NCBI GenBank assembly: GCA_021822495.1
Contig: JAKAQO010000003.1
Coordinates: 83,227 to 147,226 of the forward strand
Reading direction: 5' to 3'
From: a bacterium
Lineage (GTDB): Bacteria; Elusimicrobiota; Elusimicrobia; UBA1565; UBA9628
DNA: 64,000 bases
Shown here in pieces: positions 9,697-18,929 of the stretch (positions are counted from its first letter, which is position 1; the number at the start of each line of letters is the position of its first letter). The notes beneath the pieces were generated by a model. The model had not been told where the DNA came from and did not search any database. It saw only the letters and a list, made by a program, of their open reading frames with translations. The translations under genes were made by a program, and so were the position numbers.

Positions 9697-10694
9697 AAAT
9701 GTGATTTTTTGGAAGCCCCCACCCATAAAGCAACAATTTGATGCGATGAAAAAGCGGGATAAGAAACGAAATCAATATCGGATACGGAACCCGGCAAACG
9801 GGTTTCCCAATTCTTCTCAAACTCGCCATTTCTCCAGTCAAAAGAGATTATTCTGCCCCGGTCAAACATCCCAAACGATTCGGCCAATATCCCCCACCGA
9901 GAACTGTTATGGACCGCGAACAAAACCCCTTTGCCAAAGATGAGTCGTGGCGAAAACTCAAGCGTATGAGAACTAGAAGCGGGCCATCTGAGGCGATTGG
10001 CCGATTCCCCATAAGAACCAGGAAGCGCCCATCTCCGTCCTTGAGAAGAAATCTCAAGCCGGTTCCCTGAGATAATCGCAGCCCTAAAATTTTGGCCGCC
10101 CACGCGAGCCGCGGCTTGAGAGTAAAGCCAGCGCGACAGCAGCCGCCCATCGCTTTTGTCGGATGAGGAATACTCTCCTTTTTCGTAGACTATGGGATAA
10201 ATTGAAGACATTGGAAACGGGTCATTGTCTAAAAGCTGTTGACAAAATAAGCCTTCTCCCGTTCCAGAGATTACGCGAACCACATACGGTATCTTGGAAA
10301 GACGCTTCCAATTCTTCCGGGGCAAGGAAAATTCCAGTATGATGGTTCCCACTTGCCCCAAAGCGGCGTCGTAATAAGTCACGAAAAGTTTTGATTTTGA
10401 CCCTGCGCCCAACAACGAGGCGTCCAAAGATAAAATCCGCGCCTGACTCTCAGAAAGCATGTAGACTGAAACGGGAGTTGAAGAAACAACGGGATAGGCA
10501 TAGAGAAAGACCCTCCGCGAAGACGCTGCCGCCAGTTGAAGAGATTGATCCCCGACAAAATCCGCGACCGCAAAATCAACGGCCTTAAAATTGAGAGCCG
10601 GGCTTTTCCACGCAATCCCAGGCGCTTGGGCCGCAAATCCCAAAGATGAGAAAAATAGCGCGAATAAAAAGGTTAGAGAACTTAGAGAGACCAT
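9678..10694 (-). CDS. Exported beta-rich hypothetical protein (FG-GAP/VCBS-like motif)
   Basis: Signal peptide; VADFVGDQ motif; beta-strand-rich composition. Confidence 0.5.
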   Translation of the reverse strand: MVSLSSLTFLFALFFSSLGFAAQAPGIAWKSPALNFKAVDFAVADFVGDQSLQLAAASSRRVFLYAYPVVSSTPVSVYMLSESQARILSLDASLLGAGSKSKLFVTYYDAALGQVGTIILEFSLPRKNWKRLSKIPYVVRVISGTGEGLFCQQLLDNDPFPMSSIYPIVYEKGEYSSSDKSDGRLLSRWLYSQAAARVGGQNFRAAIISGNRLEISSQGRRWALPGSYGESANRLRWPASSSHTLEFSPRLIFGKGVLFAVHNSSRWGILAESFGMFDRGRIISFDWRNGEFEKNWETRLPGSVSDIDFVSYPAFSSHQIVALWVGASKKSHLWAFSF

Positions 10695-10807
10695 TTTAGA
10701 CAGAATATCATTTAAATTTTATTTTTTAAATTTTTATGACCTACCGAAAGGAAGGAGGAAGAACTCAATAGGGGGATGTCCCCTTGCGTTTTACAACGAA
10801 ACAATAC

Positions 10808-10827
10808 AGGACATTTCTAAAAGTCCT
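10808..10827. promoter_or_regulatory. Candidate operator palindrome in the divergent region upstream of clpP
   Basis: AGGACATTTCTAAAAGTCCT; a second palindrome GGGGATGTCCCC at 10772-10783. Confidence 0.35.
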
Positions 10828-10885
10828 TGACAACCCCAACTCCAAAACTTGCCCGTATCCTAGAAAAAATGTTTAGATTGTAATT

Positions 10886-11521
10886 ATGAATATTATTCCC
10901 CAAGTCATTGAGAGATCCAATCAAGGTTCCGTCATCGGTTACGACATTTATTCCCGGCTTTTGAGAGACCGGATTATCTTCGTCGGAGGATATGAAGGCG
11001 AATTCACGACCGATTCGGCCAACATCCTCATCGCGCAGCTTTTATATCTTGAATCAGATGACAACACCAAAGACATCAATCTCTACATCAACTCCCCCGG
11101 AGGCATGGTGACGGCGGGTCTCGCCGTCTATGACACGATGCAGTACATCAAGGCTCCGATTACGACCATCTGCATGGGAATGGCCATGTCTTTCGGCGCG
11201 GTCATTTTAGCCGCGGGCTCCAAGGGCAAGCGCTTTGCCCTTCCGCAATCCCGCATCATGATTCACCAGCCGCTGGTCGGCGGAATATCGGGTCAGGCGA
11301 CCGACATCATCGTCGAGGCAAAGGAAATGGCCTATATCCGCAAGAACCTGGAACAAATTCTCTCCAAACATACGGGGCAACCGGTCGAGAAAATGGCCCG
11401 CGACATGGAGCGCAACTATTATATGTCCGCCGAGGAAGCCAAGGAATACGGCATCATAGATGAGGTCCTCACCGGTTCCAAGGTAGATGCCTTAAGAGCC
11501 GCTCTCACTAGCGCAAAATAG
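10886..11521 (+). CDS. clpP: ATP-dependent Clp protease proteolytic subunit
   Basis: [32 protein letters not shown]. Confidence 0.97.
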   Translation: MNIIPQVIERSNQGSVIGYDIYSRLLRDRIIFVGGYEGEFTTDSANILIAQLLYLESDDNTKDINLYINSPGGMVTAGLAVYDTMQYIKAPITTICMGMAMSFGAVILAAGSKGKRFALPQSRIMIHQPLVGGISGQATDIIVEAKEMAYIRKNLEQILSKHTGQPVEKMARDMERNYYMSAEEAKEYGIIDEVLTGSKVDALRAALTSAK

Positions 11522-11643
11522 GCGGGCGCCAAAGGCCGCAACCGCCATTCCCGTCAACGTCATTTTTGCCTTCGTCGTTTTCATTCTCCTCCGCTAAACA
11601 CGGCAAAAGACCTACGAAAAAAACCTTTGTCTTTTCCCAAGCA

Positions 11644-11672
11644 TTGACAAATTCGAGTTCCTCCATTACCCT
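11644..11672 (+). promoter_or_regulatory. Sigma70-type promoter of pilBTC
   Basis: TTGACA-17 bp-TACCCT, 9 nt before ATG 11682. Confidence 0.7.
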
Positions 11673-11681
11673 ATAAACAGA

Positions 11682-13466
11682 ATGCCAAACGCTGAACCTT
11701 CTCTTTCATCATTAGGATTGCCCAGGCGCCTGACTGATCTATTGGTTTCCCAAGGGCTTCTCAGCCGGGATGATCTATCGGAAGCCCTCAAGGAACAACA
11801 TAAGACCGGCGGAAAATTGGGCGCGATTCTTATTTCAAAAGGCCTGTTGACGGAAGAGCAATTCCTCTCATTTTTAGGAGACCAATGCGGTATTCGCTAC
11901 GTGTCCTTATCTGAATTCAAATTTGAAGACAATGTCTTGGAGTTAATCCCCGAATCCATCGCCCGGCAACAGATTCTCATTCCCTGCCGGAAATCCGAAG
12001 ACAATGTCCTGACGGTCGCGGTCGCGGATCCCCTTAACGTCATGGTTTTAGACGACCTGAAGATGATGACGGGCTCCGAAATATCGGCGGTCCTGGCCTC
12101 GGAGTCCGAGATATTGGCGGCCATTGACAAGGGATATCACTCGATGAGCGCGGAAGATGCGCTCGATGAAATCGTCCATCAAAGCGACGCCTCCGAAAAC
12201 GCCACGGATATAGCCCTCGACCAAGACTCAGATACCCAGGAAGTAGTCGAAGACGTTCGGGGACTTGAAAAATCAGCGTCGGATGCGCCGGTCATTAAGA
12301 TGGTCAATTTGATTTTGTCCAACGCCGTCAAGGATCACGCCTCAGACATCCATATCGAGGCTTTCCCAAAAGAAATCCGAATTCGCTACCGCATCGACGG
12401 AGTTTTGCATGAGCGCCCCGCTCCGCCCAAGAAATTTCATCAAGCCCTCACAACCCGCGTTAAAATCATGGCGAACCTCAACATCGCCGAGCGCCGCGTG
12501 CCTCAGGATGGACGCATCAAAATCAAGGCCAATGGCAAAGAAATTGACTTGCGCGTCTCGGTCTTGCCCTGCGCGCCCGGGGAAAAAATCGTCATGCGTA
12601 TTTTGGATTCATCCGGACTCAAGGTCCAGATGAGCCAATTGGGGTTTGAACCGGAAGCCTTGGCCGTCTTCAACAAATGTATGAATGCCCCTTATGGAAT
12701 TAACCTCATCACCGGTCCAACGGGATCTGGAAAATCAACCACCCTTTATTCGGCTCTCGCCAATTTAAACACGCCCGACACCAACATAATCACGGTCGAG
12801 GATCCGGTCGAATATCAACTGCACGGCATCAACCAGGTCCAGGTCAACCCTCACGCGGGACTGACTTTTGCCTCGGCCCTTCGCTCCTTTTTGAGGCAAG
12901 ACCCCGACATCATCATGGTCGGGGAAACCCGCGATCTTGAAACGGCTCAGATTGCCATCAACGCCGCCTTGACCGGACATTTGGTTTTCACGACTCTTCA
13001 TACTAATGACGCGCCAAGTTCCATTACTCGGCTTTCCATGATGGGAGTCGAGCCCTTTTTGATCAGCGCCGCCGTTTTGATGGTCGAAGCCCAAAGGCTC
13101 GTGCGTAGTGTTTGCCCCAAATGCAAGGAAGCCTATGAAGTCGATGTCGGCTCTCTTATCAAGCATAGCATCCCCGAAGAAGCCCTCAAGCCCAAAAACG
13201 GGAAAGTGACGCTTTATAAAGGAAAAGGATGCGAGCATTGCGCAAACACCGGCTACCGGGGCCGCCTCGGCCTTTACGAGGTGTTAGAAGTCACCGATTC
13301 GATTCGGGAATTAATTTTAAACAAGGCTCCGACCTCGGAAATAAAAAAAGTTGGAATCAAGCAAGGAATGCTCACTTTGCGCGCTTGCGCCTTGAGAAAG
13401 CTCTTAGAAGGAGCGACGACGGTTGAGGAAATGATCCGGGTGACGGCTTCCGATATAGAAACATGA
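11682..13466 (+). CDS. pilB: Type IV pilus assembly ATPase PilB (MshEN-like N-terminus)
   Basis: RLTDLLV..GL / KLGAILISKGL, ASDIHIE, GPTGSGKST, LRQDPD, tetracysteine Zn motif. Confidence 0.94.
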   Translation: MPNAEPSLSSLGLPRRLTDLLVSQGLLSRDDLSEALKEQHKTGGKLGAILISKGLLTEEQFLSFLGDQCGIRYVSLSEFKFEDNVLELIPESIARQQILIPCRKSEDNVLTVAVADPLNVMVLDDLKMMTGSEISAVLASESEILAAIDKGYHSMSAEDALDEIVHQSDASENATDIALDQDSDTQEVVEDVRGLEKSASDAPVIKMVNLILSNAVKDHASDIHIEAFPKEIRIRYRIDGVLHERPAPPKKFHQALTTRVKIMANLNIAERRVPQDGRIKIKANGKEIDLRVSVLPCAPGEKIVMRILDSSGLKVQMSQLGFEPEALAVFNKCMNAPYGINLITGPTGSGKSTTLYSALANLNTPDTNIITVEDPVEYQLHGINQVQVNPHAGLTFASALRSFLRQDPDIIMVGETRDLETAQIAINAALTGHLVFTTLHTNDAPSSITRLSMMGVEPFLISAAVLMVEAQRLVRSVCPKCKEAYEVDVGSLIKHSIPEEALKPKNGKVTLYKGKGCEHCANTGYRGRLGLYEVLEVTDSIRELILNKAPTSEIKKVGIKQGMLTLRACALRKLLEGATTVEEMIRVTASDIET

Positions 13467-13496
13467 ACACGCCTGCCAATACCAAAAGGAGAAATT

Positions 13497-14576
13497 ATGG
13501 CCTCTCTAAGTGAACTCTTCATGCTCATGCACCAGCGCGGAGCCTCAGACCTTCATCTCACCGTCGGCGCGCCCCCCATCCTTCGTATTGACGGCGAACT
13601 CGTTCCCCTGCCCTTTGAAAAATTAACTCCGGAAACGACCCAACAATTGATTTTTTCGCTTCTTAACGATCAGCAAAAACAGCGTTTTGACGCGACCAAT
13701 GAACTCGATTTGGCCTTGGGAATTAAGGGCATCGGACGCCTGCGCGTTAATATTTTTAGACAGCGGGGAGCGGTTGGGGCCGCCATTCGCTCAATTCCCA
13801 ACCAGTTTAAGACTTTTGAGCAATTGGGCCTGCCCAAGACGGTCGAGGACTTGGTCAATATCCCGAAAGGACTGATTCTAGTCACCGGCCCCACGGGGTC
13901 CGGAAAATCAACCACCTTGGCCAGCATCATTGACTACATCAACGAACACCAAACCGTTCATATCGTCACCGTCGAAGATCCCATCGAATACGTCCATTCC
14001 CACAAAAAATCCATCATCAACCAAAGAGAAGTGGGCCAAGACACGGAGAGTTTTCCCACGGCTCTTAAATATGTTCTCAGGCAAGACCCCAATGTCATTC
14101 TCATCGGAGAGTTGCGGGACTTAGACACGATTTCCTCCGCTTTGACCATCGCCGAAACCGGCCATTTGGTATTTGGAACGCTCCATACCAATGACTGCGC
14201 GCAATCCATCAACCGCTTGATCGACGTCTTTCCGCCGCACCAAATCAACCAAATCAGGGTCCAACTTTCTTTCGTTCTCCAAGCCGTCATGTCCCAGCAG
14301 CTTCTGTCCAACGCCTCGGGAACGGGAAGATCACTTGCCTGCGAGCTTCTCATGGTTACCTCCGCTGTCAGAAACTTAATCCGCGAACAAAAAATAGAGC
14401 AGATTCAACTCTCCATTCAAACCGGCGGAAAATTTGGAATGCAGACCATGAACCAGTCCCTGGCCACCCTCTGTCGCGAGAAAAAAATCACGCTCCAGGA
14501 AGCTTTTCTGCACTCAACGGATCCAGAGGATCTCAAGAGACTTCTCAATCAAAGTCAGATGCCTTCGATAGTTTGA
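13497..14576 (+). CDS. pilT: Type IV pilus retraction ATPase PilT
   Basis: ASDLHL, GPTGSGKST, AVRNLIRE, GMQTM; SD AAAGGAG. Confidence 0.96.
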   Translation: MASLSELFMLMHQRGASDLHLTVGAPPILRIDGELVPLPFEKLTPETTQQLIFSLLNDQQKQRFDATNELDLALGIKGIGRLRVNIFRQRGAVGAAIRSIPNQFKTFEQLGLPKTVEDLVNIPKGLILVTGPTGSGKSTTLASIIDYINEHQTVHIVTVEDPIEYVHSHKKSIINQREVGQDTESFPTALKYVLRQDPNVILIGELRDLDTISSALTIAETGHLVFGTLHTNDCAQSINRLIDVFPPHQINQIRVQLSFVLQAVMSQQLLSNASGTGRSLACELLMVTSAVRNLIREQKIEQIQLSIQTGGKFGMQTMNQSLATLCREKKITLQEAFLHSTDPEDLKRLLNQSQMPSIV

Positions 14577-14585
14577 CAATAATCT

Positions 14586-15806
14586 ATGCCCACATTCGCC
14601 TATAAAGTCAAAGCGGGGGACGGAAAAATTACCGCCGGCTCCATTGATGCCGACGCCCCGCGCTCGGCCATCGATCGTTTGAGGTCCCAAAAGCTGGTTG
14701 TTTTGGAAATCGCGGAAAAAAAACCCGGCGTTTCCGATGCGTTTAGAGGTTTGTTCAAGGGCAAGGTTTCCTCAAGAGAACTCACTCTCTTTTCCCGCCA
14801 ACTTGCGACCCTGGTCGCGGCCGGAGTGCCCATCGTTCAAAGTCTCGGCATTTTGGAAGGGCAGGCGGAAAGCAAAACATTTCATGAGGTTCTAGGAGCG
14901 GTCAAGGCCGACATTGAAGGCGGCCTGTCCATTTCGGACGCTTTAAAAAAACATCCGCGAGCCTTTCCTGACCTCTATACATCGATGGTCAAAGCCGGAG
15001 AACTGGGCGGAATTCTCGATTCCATTCTCGAACGCTTGAGCGTCTATCTGGAGAGCTCCGAAGCCTTAAAGGGCAAGGTCAAATCAGCAATGACCTACCC
15101 AATCGTGGTGCTCAGCATTTGCGCCGCGGTCACTATTTTTCTTCTCATTTTCGTCATCCCGACTTTTAAGGCGATTTTTGCGAGTTTCCATTCCGCCCTT
15201 CCGGCGCCCACCCAAGCGCTGTTGGATCTTTCGGACTTTCTCAGACACAATTTCTGGATCATCTTCGTAGTCCCCTTGGCCGCATGGAGAGCTTTTAAAT
15301 TCGCTTACGCCAATCCTAAAGGTCGCCGTTGGATTGATGGACACATTCTCAAAATTCCCATGTTCGGCGTTTTACTGAGGAAATTCGCCATCGCCCGCTT
15401 TTCAAGAACCCTGGGGACTCTCATTAAATCCGGCGTGCCCATTCTCCAAGCCCTTGAAACCGTCGCTCAAACCGCGGGCAACGTGGTTATTTCAGACGCT
15501 ATTTTATCAGCCAGGCAAGCGATCAGGGAAGGCGGACACTTAAGCGAACCGCTTAAGAAATGCGGGATTTTCCCGACCATGGTCACCTCGATGATTTCCG
15601 TTGGGGAGGAAACTGGAAATTTAGATCAAATGCTCCAAAAGATCGCTGATTTTTACGACCAGGAGGTCGATGCCGCCGTCAAGGGTCTCACTTCCATGAT
15701 TGAACCCATCGTCATCGTGGTGATGGGAATTGTCATCGGCACCATTGTTATCGCGATGTTCTTGCCGATGTTCGACATGGATGAACTCGTCAGTAAAACA
15801 CAATAA
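14586..15806 (+). CDS. pilC: Type IV pilus platform protein PilC (GspF family)
   Basis: FSRQLATLVAAGVP, AGELGG, GEETGNL, IEP...AMFLPMF. Confidence 0.95.
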   Translation: MPTFAYKVKAGDGKITAGSIDADAPRSAIDRLRSQKLVVLEIAEKKPGVSDAFRGLFKGKVSSRELTLFSRQLATLVAAGVPIVQSLGILEGQAESKTFHEVLGAVKADIEGGLSISDALKKHPRAFPDLYTSMVKAGELGGILDSILERLSVYLESSEALKGKVKSAMTYPIVVLSICAAVTIFLLIFVIPTFKAIFASFHSALPAPTQALLDLSDFLRHNFWIIFVVPLAAWRAFKFAYANPKGRRWIDGHILKIPMFGVLLRKFAIARFSRTLGTLIKSGVPILQALETVAQTAGNVVISDAILSARQAIREGGHLSEPLKKCGIFPTMVTSMISVGEETGNLDQMLQKIADFYDQEVDAAVKGLTSMIEPIVIVVMGIVIGTIVIAMFLPMFDMDELVSKTQ

Positions 15807-15823
15807 CTGGATTTCAAAACCAC

Positions 15824-17128
15824 CTAACGACTCAAAAGCTTTTTGTCCCGAAGCAGGCGATGGTAACGAATTCCAAATCGATGCGCCTCGTCTCTTAAAT
15901 TTTCCAGAAGATTTCGCGCCGCGCTTCCCCGCTCTAAAATGACGGATTCAGATCGCCCGGGAACAAAAACCTCTTCCAATCGCTTGGCCAAGGAAATGAC
16001 AGGAACATGGACCCCAATCTCTTTAAGCGCCACGACCGCGGCGGAAAGTTGCCCTTTCCCGCCGTCAATAAGGATCAAATCTGGATAGGTCTTGCCTTCT
16101 TTTTTTAAGCGCAGATACCTCCTTCGCACGACTTCCGCCATGGATTTGAAATCGTCAATTCCCGTCGTTTCCTTGATTTTAAATTTCCGATAATGCGCTT
16201 TGTGCGGAACTCCTCCTTCAAAGCAAACCATGGACGCCACGGTTTCATGTCCCTGAAAATGGGAGATATCGAAACACTCAATATGAAAAGGCGGAGTTTT
16301 GAGGCCCAAAACCTCTTGAAGCGCGCTCACCGAACGGGAAGAACCGAGAGTCTCGCCTAAATCGTCAGGTTTTAGAGCCCGCAAGCGCACGTTTTCCCCC
16401 ATTTGGGATAAGCCCGCGAGACTGTCTCTTAATCGAGCCGCCCGCTCGTAATCGAGTTTGGAAGAAGCCGCCTTCATTTCCAGAGACAAAGACTTTTTTA
16501 GTTTTTCATACTCTCCTTTAAAAAACAATCTCGCCTTTTCAGCTTCCCCACGATACTCCTCGTAAGAAACAAGCCCGGCGCAAGGCGCCGGACAGTCGCC
16601 GGTATGATAATAAAGGCAGGAATTAATTTTCTGAGGAGCCAAGGGACGCTCAAAGCCAAAATCCCAGCGGCAGGGCCTGAGCCTGAAATACCCGCGCCGC
16701 CACAAAAAGCGCAAAAGCCCGCGCACCGGAGAAACCTTGGGAAAAGGACCAAAATAAACGCCTCCATCCGCCATTTTTTTGCGAACGAGAAAAATCCGCG
16801 GAAAATCTTCATTAAGGCTGATTTTGACATAGGGATAAGCCTTGTCGTCTTTGAGGGCAATATTAAAAAAAGGCTTTTTCTCTTTAATTAAGGTTCGTTC
16901 AAGAAGAAGCGCTTCCCGTTCGGAAGCGCAGGGAATATAGTCGATTCTCCGAATGAGCGGGGATAGAACCGAGGTTTTTAAATTCGCGCGCGCCGGATTA
17001 AAGTATTGAGAGACGCGCTTGGACAAATCCTTCGCTTTCCCGATATAGAGGATATCGGAAGCGGCGTCCCGCATCAAATAAACCCCGCAAGTATGCGGGA
17101 CATGCGCGTAGAGGTCTTTTCGCTCCAT
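15824..17128 (-). CDS. uvrC: Excinuclease ABC subunit C (short form, no obvious C-terminal HhH)
   Basis: GVYLM...YIGKAKDL GIY-YIG, UVR domain, IECFDISH, LIDGGKGQL, RDEAHRF. Start taken as ATG 17128, 9 nt after TATACT. Confidence 0.92.
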   Translation of the reverse strand: MERKDLYAHVPHTCGVYLMRDAASDILYIGKAKDLSKRVSQYFNPARANLKTSVLSPLIRRIDYIPCASEREALLLERTLIKEKKPFFNIALKDDKAYPYVKISLNEDFPRIFLVRKKMADGGVYFGPFPKVSPVRGLLRFLWRRGYFRLRPCRWDFGFERPLAPQKINSCLYYHTGDCPAPCAGLVSYEEYRGEAEKARLFFKGEYEKLKKSLSLEMKAASSKLDYERAARLRDSLAGLSQMGENVRLRALKPDDLGETLGSSRSVSALQEVLGLKTPPFHIECFDISHFQGHETVASMVCFEGGVPHKAHYRKFKIKETTGIDDFKSMAEVVRRRYLRLKKEGKTYPDLILIDGGKGQLSAAVVALKEIGVHVPVISLAKRLEEVFVPGRSESVILERGSAARNLLENLRDEAHRFGIRYHRLLRDKKLLSR

Positions 17129-17153
17129 GGCCACTTTAGTATACGTAACTCTA

Positions 17154-17182
17154 TTGACAAACGAAAATCGAGGGGTTACACT
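17154..17182 (+). promoter_or_regulatory. Sigma70 promoter of ankyrin gene, divergent from uvrC promoter
   Basis: TTGACA-17 bp-TACACT, 8 nt before ATG 17191. Confidence 0.75.
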
Positions 17183-17190
17183 GGGAAGAG

Positions 17191-17925
17191 ATGAGAAAAT
17201 TGGCAAGGTCTATTTTATGGACGGCGCTATTGGTTCTGCCGCCATTTCCAGCCTCGGCTGCGAATTCAAACTCAAGCCTCATTACTGCCGTCAAAGAAGG
17301 ACAGGAAAACACGGCTTTAAGTCTTTTGTCGCAAGGAGCCAACCCCAATGCGTTTGATCAATATGGATATACGGCAACCATGTGGGCCGTCAGCCGCGGG
17401 GATTCAGCCCTCCTTTCCGCGCTCATTAAAGCGGGCGGAGATTTACAGCATGTTCCATCATCCTTTAACCCCGTCATTGAGGCCGCCAAGGCGGGAAACG
17501 CGGGCAACCTGACCCTCTTAGCCTCTCTTGGATATAATGTCAACGGAGTTGACGCCCTGGGAAATTCCGCTCTGATGTATGCCGCAGTAGACGGTTCAAC
17601 GGTCGCGGTTCAAGCGCTTCTCACCGCCAAAGCTAATGTCAACGCCGCGGATATTCATGGGCAAACCGCTCTCATCAAGACGGCCCAGAATGGAAACGCG
17701 GCCATGGTTTCATTTCTTGCGTCCAACGGGGCCAATCTCAACGCCCAAGATCATTTTGGATACAGCGCTCTCATGTGGGCGGCGCACAACGGACAGCTCG
17801 CCGTGGTTCAAGCTCTTTTGGCCAAAAATGCTTCCACATCCCTTCAAGGCCTCGATGGAATGACGGCTCTCTCCATCGCTCAAAAGCGGGGATATGCCCA
17901 AATCGCCAACATTCTCAAAGGCTAG
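17191..17925 (+). CDS. Exported ankyrin-repeat protein
   Basis: Signal peptide then about six G-x-T/SALMxA...GAxxN repeats. Confidence 0.92.
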   Translation: MRKLARSILWTALLVLPPFPASAANSNSSLITAVKEGQENTALSLLSQGANPNAFDQYGYTATMWAVSRGDSALLSALIKAGGDLQHVPSSFNPVIEAAKAGNAGNLTLLASLGYNVNGVDALGNSALMYAAVDGSTVAVQALLTAKANVNAADIHGQTALIKTAQNGNAAMVSFLASNGANLNAQDHFGYSALMWAAHNGQLAVVQALLAKNASTSLQGLDGMTALSIAQKRGYAQIANILKG

Positions 17926-17956
17926 GCTCCGTGAGAAAATAAGCTAAACTTAAGGC

Positions 17957-18898
17957 ATGGACGCGGAAGCCCCTGACCCTGGCTTAGATGCCCTCGCTTT
18001 TTCATCTTTCTCAAGCAAGTTGAAATTTTTCCTTAAAGGATTTAAGAGAAGGCCTTCCGCTCTCATTGGGCTTTCGCTGATTTTGTTTTTTATTCTTATC
18101 GCGGCCCTCAGCTCCTGGCTGGCCCCCGTTCCGCCCGACAGCCGAAACCCTTACCTGATTCCGGAATTCGGATACAGCCCGGAACCCAAACTACCCAGCC
18201 GCGTCCATCCTTTTGGAACAACCGAGGATCAGTACGACCTTTATTATGGAATGGTCTGGGGCACGCGAACGGCCCTCAAGGTCGCTTTGACGGTAGTCGG
18301 CTTCTCTGTCTTCCTGGGAATTGTCCTGGGCGGACTCTCAGGATATTTCGGCGGATGGGTGGATGAGCTCATCATGCGCTTTACCGACGTCATTTTAGCC
18401 CTCCCAAGCCTTCTCTTAGCTGTCGTCATCGTCGCGATTACCGGCCCCAGCCTCAGCCATGTGATGATTTCGGTCACCGCCGTTTCCTGGCCGTCTTACG
18501 CGCGGCTTCTGAGAGGAGATGTTCTAGCGATTAGAAACCGGGAATTTATTCAGGCCTCCCGCGCGATGGGCGCCTCTCACCTGCGCATCTTCTTAAAGCA
18601 TATTCTTCCCAACTGCATTTACCCGATATTAGTTCTCGCCTCTCTCGATATGGGCTCTATCGTCATTACGGCCGCGGCGCTCAGCTTCTTGGGTCTTGGA
18701 GCGCCTTTAGGTTATGCCGACTGGGGACAACTGATTTCTCTCTCTCGAGACTGGATTATGGGCTCGTCCGGAAATCCTTTTGCTTACTGGAACACTTTTA
18801 CCATCCCCGGTCTTGCCATTTTTCTCTTTGTTTTAGGCTGGAATCTTCTCGGCGACGGCCTCAGAGATATCCTTGATCCAAGATCGGCCAGTCATTGA
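17957..18898 (+). CDS. ABC peptide transporter permease (DppC/OppC family), orphan here
   Basis: HPFGT..D, EAA-like loop EFIQASRAMGASHLRI, HILPN, GDGLRDILDP. Confidence 0.92.
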   Translation: MDAEAPDPGLDALAFSSFSSKLKFFLKGFKRRPSALIGLSLILFFILIAALSSWLAPVPPDSRNPYLIPEFGYSPEPKLPSRVHPFGTTEDQYDLYYGMVWGTRTALKVALTVVGFSVFLGIVLGGLSGYFGGWVDELIMRFTDVILALPSLLLAVVIVAITGPSLSHVMISVTAVSWPSYARLLRGDVLAIRNREFIQASRAMGASHLRIFLKHILPNCIYPILVLASLDMGSIVITAAALSFLGLGAPLGYADWGQLISLSRDWIMGSSGNPFAYWNTFTIPGLAIFLFVLGWNLLGDGLRDILDPRSASH

Positions 18899-18923
18899 CC
18901 TTTAACCCTCGTTTTGACAAAAT
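18895..18923 (+). promoter_or_regulatory. Leaderless promoter of the acyl-CoA ligase gene
   Basis: TTGACC-17 bp-(TGa)CAAAAT, 6 nt before ATG 18930. Confidence 0.55.
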
Positions 18924-18929
18924 AGACCC

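Noticed and set aside
11522..11640. Possible c-di-GMP-I riboswitch before pilB (ACACGGCAAA...GAAA)
   Set aside because: Lacks the GACGCAAAGC segment and P2, and lies upstream of the predicted promoter.
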